Assembly: GCA_049598495.1 (NCBI GenBank)
Contig: JBMYNR010000037.1
Span: 1 to 15,470 of the forward strand
Source: Opitutales bacterium
Lineage (GTDB): Bacteria; Verrucomicrobiota; Verrucomicrobiia; Opitutales; Coraliomargaritaceae
DNA: 15,470 bases
Direction: 5' to 3'
The position numbers and the translations under genes are program-made. This document shows, one piece after another, positions 9,406 to 15,470 of the stretch; positions within the stretch are counted from its first letter, which is position 1, and each line of letters opens with the position of its first letter. The notes under the pieces are model-generated. The model searched no databases and had not been told where the DNA came from. It saw only the letters and a list, made by a program, of their open reading frames with translations.

Positions 9406-9407
9406 TT
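9371..9407 (+). terminator. Rho-independent terminator
   Basis: AGAACGTCGCTCC (9372-9384), loop CCAG, GGAGCGGCGTTCT (9389-9401): 13 bp stem with one G-U pair, followed by TTTGTT. Confidence 0.85.
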
Positions 9408-9495
9408 GGAATGTCCCGGATCGGACAGTATTCCCCCGGCAATTTTGACATGAGGACTAGACAAAAGCTTACAGGCTATCAATATCCGGTTCCTA

Positions 9496-10362
9496 ATGAA
9501 GATTTATTTAAACGACGGGTTGGTGGATGCAGATGAGGCTAAGGTTTCGGTATTTGACCACGGATTGCTCTATGGAGATGGGATTTTTGAAGGAATTCGT
9601 CTCTACGATGGTTGTGTTTTTAAGTTGGAAGAGCATTTGGAGCGCCTCGAATATTCAGCCAAGGCTATTATGCTCGAAATGCCGTGGAGCCGTCAGGAGA
9701 TTTCCGATGCGGTTTGCGAGACCTGCCGTGCCAATGACCTAAAAAATGGTTATATCCGTCTGGTCGTGACGCGTGGAGTCGGAAGTTTGGGTCTATCGAT
9801 TAAAAATTGCGATGCGCCTCAGCTAATTATCATTGCCGATACCATTCAGCTTTATCCGGAGGAGTTTTATGAGAATGGTCTTGCGATCATAACGGTGCCT
9901 ACAAGGCGTTGTAATCCCGCGGCGCTCCCGCCGACGGTCAAATCGTTGAATTATCTGAACAATATTTTGGCGAAGATTGAGGCTCAGCATCTTGGATACC
10001 ACGAAGCGATTATGCTCAATGATCAAGGCTACGTGGCCGAATGCACGGGTGACAATGTTTTCATCGTTCATAAGGGCGAATTGATCACACCATCGGCTAG
10101 TGCGGGTGCGCTCAAGGGCATCACTCGAGACACTGCTTTAGAAATTGCCGAAGAGCTGGGGATCCCTTGGCGCGAAGCGAATATAACCCGCTACGATATC
10201 TGGGTGGCTGACGAACTTTTCTTAACAGGGACGGCTGCCGAAATCGTCCCCATCGTAGAGGTCGATGCGCGTCCGATCGGCAGTGCCAAGCCCGGTCCCA
10301 CGACCGCTAAATTCCTCGAGGCCTTCCGCCGACGCGCATCCGTTGAGGGTACGATGCTGTAG
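9496..10362 (+). CDS. ilvE: Branched-chain amino acid aminotransferase (PLP class IV)
   Basis: VFDHGLLYGDGIFEGIR, GYIRLVVTRG, KSLNYLNN (PLP lysine), ECTGDNVF, GITR and ELFLTGTAAEI. Confidence 0.96.
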   Translation: MKIYLNDGLVDADEAKVSVFDHGLLYGDGIFEGIRLYDGCVFKLEEHLERLEYSAKAIMLEMPWSRQEISDAVCETCRANDLKNGYIRLVVTRGVGSLGLSIKNCDAPQLIIIADTIQLYPEEFYENGLAIITVPTRRCNPAALPPTVKSLNYLNNILAKIEAQHLGYHEAIMLNDQGYVAECTGDNVFIVHKGELITPSASAGALKGITRDTALEIAEELGIPWREANITRYDIWVADELFLTGTAAEIVPIVEVDARPIGSAKPGPTTAKFLEAFRRRASVEGTML

Positions 10363-10382
10363 CGGGGTGCCCCAGCGGGTGA

Positions 10383-10411
10383 TTGGCACAATTTATGCAA
10401 AATGGTGTCAA
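10383..10411 (+). promoter_or_regulatory. Sigma54-like -24/-12 element embedded in an imperfect palindrome upstream of mcsA
   Basis: TGGCACAATTTATGCA (10384-10399) has GG-N10-GC spacing. TTGGCACAATTT (10383-10394) and AAATGGTGTCAA (10400-10411) are inverted repeats matching 10/12. Confidence 0.5.
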
Positions 10412-10469
10412 AAACTATGTGAAAACTTCCTTCCCTGCGAACCGCGAAGCAGTCATTTCTCCTTTTGCT

Positions 10470-10497
10470 TTGCGATCCATACATTCAAGGGTATTGT
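10470..10497 (+). promoter_or_regulatory. Putative sigma70-type promoter giving a leaderless or near-leaderless mcsA mRNA
   Basis: TTGCGA (10470-10475), 16 nt, TATTGT (10492-10497), then 6 nt to ATG 10504. No convincing Shine-Dalgarno sequence. Confidence 0.45.
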
Positions 10498-10503
10498 AAA
10501 GAT

Positions 10504-11016
10504 ATGGCCGAAAACCTAAAGTGTAGCCACTGCGACCAACCTGCGACTGTCCATCTGACCCAGATCGTCAATAACAAGATTATCAAGGTGGATCTCTGTG
10601 AGAAATGTGCCCAAGCCAAGGGGGTTACGGATCCGGAGGGCTTCTCGCTGGCTGATTTGCTGACAAAATCACACTCGTCCCAGGAGTTGGAGGGCGAGCC
10701 ACAACTGCTGTGTCCGGATTGTGGGTTGACGACGGCTGACTTCCGCCGGACGGGGCGGCTCGGTTGCGCGGGGTGCTACGAGACCTTTGCGCCATTAATT
10801 AGGCCTGTCCTTGAGGACATGCATGCGGGCACCGAGCATAAGGGCAAGGTGCCGGTTTTGGCGCTCGGTCGACAATCCAGTGCGGCAGAATTGCGGTCCC
10901 TCGAGAGCGCATTGCAATCTGCGATTGCCGAAGAGGCCTACGAGGATGCGGCAAAGTTTCGTGACCAAATTAAATCGCTCAAGGAGGCTGCAGCCGAGGA
11001 GACGGTCCACCCATGA
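10504..11016 (+). CDS. mcsA: Protein-arginine kinase activator McsA
   Basis: Four CxxC motifs (CSHC, CEKC, CPDC, CAGC in GRLGCAGCY), HxGKVP and a C-terminal UVR domain (EEAYEDAAKFRDQI). ATG 10504 preferred over TTG 10465. Confidence 0.93.
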   Translation: MAENLKCSHCDQPATVHLTQIVNNKIIKVDLCEKCAQAKGVTDPEGFSLADLLTKSHSSQELEGEPQLLCPDCGLTTADFRRTGRLGCAGCYETFAPLIRPVLEDMHAGTEHKGKVPVLALGRQSSAAELRSLESALQSAIAEEAYEDAAKFRDQIKSLKEAAAEETVHP

Positions 11017-12101
11017 TCGAATCCCTTATCAACGCAGATAACGCTGAGCTCACTCAAGGGGCTAAGAAGGGCTCGCCGGTTGTTCTTAGCACGCGTGTTC
11101 GGCTTGCCCGTAATATCTCAGGCACGCCGTTTCCTGAGCGTGCCAGTAAGTCACAGCGCAGTGACGTTATGTCCAGGTGTGCCGAGCAGATTGCCGACCT
11201 CTCGCAGATGAAAAACGGGGCTTTTTTCGATATTTCTGAATTATCCGACCTCGAGAAGCAGGTCCTCGTGGAGCGACATTTGATTAGCCGTGAACTTTGC
11301 GAGGTGGATGCGGGATCGGGGGTATTTATCAATAAGGATCAAACCTGCTCGGTTATGATCAATGAGGAGGATCACTTGAGGATTCAGTTCCTTAAGTCAG
11401 GCTTCAGTCTACGATCGGTCTGGAAGCAGATCGACCGCTTTGACAGCAAACTAGAGGAAGGCCTGGATGTGGCTTTCTCGCCTGAATATGGGTATTTGAC
11501 AGCTTGTCCGACGAATTTGGGGACGGCCCTGCGAGCATCGGTTATGTTGCATCTGCCGGGCTTGGTCATCTCTGAGCACATGGAAAAGGTCATTCGTGCG
11601 GTCAACCAGTTAGGTATCACGGTTCGAGGGCTCTTCGGAGAGGGTTCCGACGCGACGGGGCACGTCTTCCAAATTTCCAACCAGCAGACACTGGGTGAAA
11701 CCGAAGACGAAATCATGTCGCGGCTGGGTAGTGTTTTTAAGACAATTATCGATCACGAGATCAATGCACGCTTTAAATATCTGGAGGAGAACCGAGCTCG
11801 TTTGCTTGACCAGATTGGTCGCGCTTTCGGGGTGCTTCAAAACGCCCATGTCTTGAATTCAAATGAGGCGATGAACCTGCTCTCCTTGATGCGTTTGGCA
11901 GTGGATTTTGAGATGCTGCCCGAGGCGAACCGTTCCGATATTGATCGCCTGTTTATTGAATGCCAACCGGGGCACATTCAGCTTGCTGCGGGGGCAGGAA
12001 TTGAGCCTGATGCGAGGGATTTATGCCGTGCCGATAAGCTGCGTGACGAATTTAGCCGATTACCGGGACTCGATTTTGACAAGGTTGGTGATTTAACATA
12101 A
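11013..12101 (+). CDS. mcsB: Protein arginine kinase McsB
   Basis: [49 protein letters not shown] and [14 protein letters not shown] overlap with mcsA and an upstream GAGGAG. Confidence 0.96.
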   Translation: MIESLINADNAELTQGAKKGSPVVLSTRVRLARNISGTPFPERASKSQRSDVMSRCAEQIADLSQMKNGAFFDISELSDLEKQVLVERHLISRELCEVDAGSGVFINKDQTCSVMINEEDHLRIQFLKSGFSLRSVWKQIDRFDSKLEEGLDVAFSPEYGYLTACPTNLGTALRASVMLHLPGLVISEHMEKVIRAVNQLGITVRGLFGEGSDATGHVFQISNQQTLGETEDEIMSRLGSVFKTIIDHEINARFKYLEENRARLLDQIGRAFGVLQNAHVLNSNEAMNLLSLMRLAVDFEMLPEANRSDIDRLFIECQPGHIQLAAGAGIEPDARDLCRADKLRDEFSRLPGLDFDKVGDLT

Positions 12102-12127
12102 CAATAGAGGACAGAAAAGACGACTCC

Positions 12128-14611
12128 ATGGAACCAATGAACAATTTCACCCCTCGCGCTCAACAAGTGTTGGCACTCGCTCGTAAAGAGGCAGACCGTT
12201 TTCACCACAACTACGTGGGGACGGAGCACCTCCTACTTGGTCTCATCAATCTGGGGCAGGGTGTGGCTGTGAATGTGCTTCAAAAAATGGGGTTGGATCT
12301 GCAGACGGTTCGTTCTGCGGTCGAAAAGCAGGTAGGCACGGGGCCGGAAAGCAAGCCCTCCGGGAATATTCCCTACACACCGCGCGTTAAGAAGGTACTG
12401 GCACTTGCAGGCAAGGAGGCGAAGGCCCTCAATCATTCCTACGTCGGCACCGAGCACATACTTCTGGGCCTCCTGCGGGAGGGTGAGGGAGTGGCGGCGC
12501 GTGTGCTGAAGTCGCTGGACGTTGATATCGAACGTTGCCGCAACGAGATTCTTGCAGAGCTGGATCCCAACTTTTCGGGTGAGCCAGAAGAAGCGTCCGC
12601 TGGAGGCAGATCCGGTGGGCCCGAGGACAAGAAAGAGGGGAAGACCCCTGCACTCAAGGCATTCGGTCGTGACCTCACCGAACTTGCGACCAAGGGTGAA
12701 CTGGATCCTGTTATTGGTCGTAATCAAGAGATTCGTCGTGTCGTTCAAATTCTTTGCCGTCGCACCAAGAACAATCCGGTGCTAATTGGTGAAGCCGGCG
12801 TTGGTAAGACGGCTATAGTTGAAGGCCTTGCCCAGGAAATCGCTTCCGGGATTGTTCCAGAAATTCTCGCCGATAAGCGGGTCATAACGCTGGATTTGGC
12901 ATTGATGGTCGCGGGCACGAAATATCGTGGGCAATTTGAGGAACGTATTAAGGCCGTTATGGATGAGATTCGCCGTGCCAAAAACGTGATTATCTTCATT
13001 GATGAGCTTCATACCATTGTTGGTGCCGGAGCGGCCGAAGGTGCGATGGATGCCTCCAATATTTTCAAGCCCGCCCTTAGTCGCGGCGAGCTTCAGTGCA
13101 TAGGTGCGACCACACTTGCAGAGTATCGTAAGTATATCGAAAAGGACAGTGCGCTCGATCGTCGCTTCCAGTCAGTGAAGGTTGATGCGCCGTCGATTGA
13201 GGACACTGTGCTCATACTCAAGGGGATTCGCGGCAAGTACGAAGATCACCACAAGGTCACCTTTACTGATGATGCACTTGAAGCTGCGGCAAAGCTTTCG
13301 GAACGCTACATTACATCTCGCTTTCTCCCGGATAAGGCAATCGATATCCTTGATGAGGCGGGTGCACGCATGCGTCTAGAATCGCTCAAACAGCCGCCCG
13401 AAATCGAGGCAATGACGACTGAAATCGAAGAGGTTTGCGCCCAGAAGGAGGAGGCGATTGCGAAGCAGCATTTTGAGGGTGCCGCGAAGTATCGCGACGA
13501 AGAGAAGAAGCTACGTAAGAAGCAGGCTGACATAGTCGAGGAGTGGAAGAAGAGCCGCGAAGAGCAACGAATCACTGTGGATGAGGACGAGATGCTCAAG
13601 GTTGTCGCCGACTGGACCGGTATCCCTCTCTACCGGATGGAAGAGAAGGAAAGTAAAAAGCTGCTAAAGCTCGAAGCCGAACTCCAGAGGGAGGTCATCG
13701 GTCAAAATATAGCCACGGAGGTGATCGCGAAGGCGCTGCGCCGCTCACGTGCCGACCTCAAGGACCCCAAGCGCCCGATCGGGTCCTTTATGTTTCTCGG
13801 GCCGACTGGTGTGGGCAAGACCCTGCTTGCGAAGGTGTTGGCAGAGGAGATGTTTGGTGACAAGGACGCGATTATTCAGATCGATATGTCCGAGTATATG
13901 GAGAAGTTTGCCGTATCCCGTCTAGTCGGTTCACCTCCCGGCTATGTTGGATATGAAGAAGGTGGCCAATTGACGGAAGCGGTTCGCCGTAAGCCTTACT
14001 CTGTTGTTCTTTTCGATGAAATTGAAAAGGCCCACCCGGATGTTGTTCAACTTCTCCTTCAGGTTCTCGAAGAGGGGCGACTGACAGATAGCCTAGGGCG
14101 CAAGATTGATTTCCGGAATACGATTCTGATTATGACTTCGAATGTCGGTGCTGATATTCTTCAACGCAATACATCGATGGGCTTCGGTATTGAGAGTAAC
14201 TCAGAAAACGAGTATGAGAAGATACGGGAGAAGATTCTGGATGAAACCAAGCGGGTATTTAAACCGGAATTCCTCAATCGCCTCAACGATCTGGTTATCT
14301 TCAGATCCCTTGCCAAGGAGGATATGAGTCGCATCGTCGATCTCGAATTGCGCAATGTAGCGACTCGCCTTAAAGAGCGAGAATTGGAATTCGAGTTCTC
14401 GCAGGCTTGTAAGGACTTTCTTATCGAAAAGGGATACGACGAGAAATATGGCGCACGTCCGCTTCGTCGCTCCGTAGAAAAGTATCTCGAAGATGCCCTC
14501 GCTGAATCCATTCTCACCGGTGAAATTAAGCCGGGCGAAACGATTCAGGTTTCGGTCCATGAGGAAGGTAAAGGCTTGAAGTTTGAACAGGCTCATTCGG
14601 TCTCTTCGTAG
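12128..14611 (+). CDS. clpC: ATP-dependent Clp protease ATP-binding subunit ClpC
   Basis: Two Clp-N repeats ([20 protein letters not shown]), Walker A GEAGVGKT and GPTGVGKT, Walker B IFIDELH and LFDEIEK, short UVR-type M domain and ClpP-docking MGF loop. Directly follows mcsB. Confidence 0.97.
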   Translation: MEPMNNFTPRAQQVLALARKEADRFHHNYVGTEHLLLGLINLGQGVAVNVLQKMGLDLQTVRSAVEKQVGTGPESKPSGNIPYTPRVKKVLALAGKEAKALNHSYVGTEHILLGLLREGEGVAARVLKSLDVDIERCRNEILAELDPNFSGEPEEASAGGRSGGPEDKKEGKTPALKAFGRDLTELATKGELDPVIGRNQEIRRVVQILCRRTKNNPVLIGEAGVGKTAIVEGLAQEIASGIVPEILADKRVITLDLALMVAGTKYRGQFEERIKAVMDEIRRAKNVIIFIDELHTIVGAGAAEGAMDASNIFKPALSRGELQCIGATTLAEYRKYIEKDSALDRRFQSVKVDAPSIEDTVLILKGIRGKYEDHHKVTFTDDALEAAAKLSERYITSRFLPDKAIDILDEAGARMRLESLKQPPEIEAMTTEIEEVCAQKEEAIAKQHFEGAAKYRDEEKKLRKKQADIVEEWKKSREEQRITVDEDEMLKVVADWTGIPLYRMEEKESKKLLKLEAELQREVIGQNIATEVIAKALRRSRADLKDPKRPIGSFMFLGPTGVGKTLLAKVLAEEMFGDKDAIIQIDMSEYMEKFAVSRLVGSPPGYVGYEEGGQLTEAVRRKPYSVVLFDEIEKAHPDVVQLLLQVLEEGRLTDSLGRKIDFRNTILIMTSNVGADILQRNTSMGFGIESNSENEYEKIREKILDETKRVFKPEFLNRLNDLVIFRSLAKEDMSRIVDLELRNVATRLKERELEFEFSQACKDFLIEKGYDEKYGARPLRRSVEKYLEDALAESILTGEIKPGETIQVSVHEEGKGLKFEQAHSVSS

Positions 14612-14637
14612 TAGAGGACCCGAATCGGTTTATTTTC

Positions 14638-14666
14638 GGCCCCGTCACTCTGTGTGTCGGGGCTTT
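14638..14666 (+). terminator. Probable intrinsic terminator after clpC
   Basis: GCCCCG-T-CAC, loop TCTGT, GTG-T-CGGGGC, followed by a short TTT. Confidence 0.55.
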
Positions 14667-14722
14667 GCGACTTTCCTCGGGCTATTGACCTTCCTTTAAA
14701 CTGAGATTCTACTTGTAGATTC

Positions 14723-15334
14723 ATGGCAGGCTTCGACGAGAATATTGTGCGCGAATACTTTGAACTTAATGGTTTCTTCGTTCGTCAGTTGCGCAAGTAT
14801 CTCGTTCAATCCAGAAAGAAGCGCGCTGACGAGGAAATCGATCTCGTGATCTACAACCCGAACGCACCGGTTGACGGTGTGCCTGCGGGTTTTCAACTTT
14901 TCTCCGCGGATATGGAAAAGATTCGTCGCGCAATTGTCGTGGTGAAGGCTTGGCATACTTCTCGTTTTACCCCAGCCATGCTAAAGAGTAGTTCGCGGGT
15001 TTTTGATTTTCTTAAGAAGGACGTATTGCATAAGGCGGAAGGGTATTTTAGTTTCGACGATGCGGAGGTGCGTCCGGAGGAGGTGGATCCTGGCGGATTC
15101 ACCAAAATCCTTGTTTTGCCCGGCCTGCCTACAAGTGATCCGCAGCGCTCAGAGAGTATCGCTTTACTCAAAGAGCGTGGCGTCGATGGTATCATCACTT
15201 TCAGTACGATACTCGAAAATCTCCTGCGAAACGTAGAGGTTAATCATAGTTATCAGAAGTCGGATCTACTCCAGTTGATGCGTATTCTGAAACTCTACGA
15301 TATGGTCAAAGAACCGCAGATGAATCTTTTCTAA
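14723..15334 (+). CDS. Hypothetical protein with a restriction-endonuclease-like (PD-(D/E)xK) fold and C-terminal QMNLF clamp-binding-like motif
   Basis: ENIVREYFELNGFFV (conserved-Glu helix), EEIDLVIY strand and AIVVVK strand. Ends in QMNLF-stop. A TTGACC -35-like hexamer lies at 14685. Confidence 0.75.
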   Translation: MAGFDENIVREYFELNGFFVRQLRKYLVQSRKKRADEEIDLVIYNPNAPVDGVPAGFQLFSADMEKIRRAIVVVKAWHTSRFTPAMLKSSSRVFDFLKKDVLHKAEGYFSFDDAEVRPEEVDPGGFTKILVLPGLPTSDPQRSESIALLKERGVDGIITFSTILENLLRNVEVNHSYQKSDLLQLMRILKLYDMVKEPQMNLF

Positions 15335-15470
15335 AGGGAATGGCACTTAGTCAAGCCGCTGCAACGAGCTTGTATCTTGGTATGAGAGAGGATACGAACG
15401 TTAAAGCTCGGTCGCCTAGCCCGAATATTGCACCAGTTTGTTGCTGTCGTTCTTTATCTTGTTACGGGAT

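Noticed and set aside
10383..10411. Canonical CIRCE or CtsR box upstream of mcsA
   Set aside because: Arm spacing is 15 rather than 13 nt and the inner TC/GA is missing. No GTCAAA-type direct repeat pair is present. Kept only as an unassigned palindrome.
15416..15469. Possible 3' end of a minus-strand gene entering from the right edge
   Set aside because: Only 17 open codons with no recognisable motif; cannot be supported.
1..15470. CRISPR array, prophage, toxin-antitoxin pair or complete restriction-modification system
   Set aside because: No regularly spaced repeats, phage genes, integrase, methyltransferase or small paired TA genes were seen.

Overview
Mostly housekeeping bacterial chromosome. 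The gene set (mcsA-mcsB-clpC without ctsR, RibBX-type riboflavin gene, stand-alone pilT, few Shine-Dalgarno motifs) is compatible with a PVC-group organism, probably Verrucomicrobiota, but that assignment is inference only. In order: the 3' end of a tRNA (probably Leu); ribB fused to a degenerate GTP cyclohydrolase II domain (-); a ~615 bp internally deleted IS1182-like remnant with both terminal inverted repeats; pilT-family ATPase; argH; a signal-peptide-bearing PD-(D/E)xK nuclease-like protein; cvfB and ispA (-); a DUF4013 membrane protein; an exported hypothetical protein; an intergenic unit that looks like an ECF-sigma-driven ~80 nt sRNA with a strong terminator; ilvE; a sigma54-like site inside a palindrome upstream of mcsA-mcsB-clpC; and a nuclease-fold protein ending in a beta-clamp-binding-like motif (QMNLF). 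I see no complete new multi-gene system, CRISPR array or prophage. The best leads are the candidate ECF-dependent sRNA, the clamp-motif nuclease-fold protein, the apparently exported restriction-like nuclease and the ctsR-independent control region of mcsAB-clpC.
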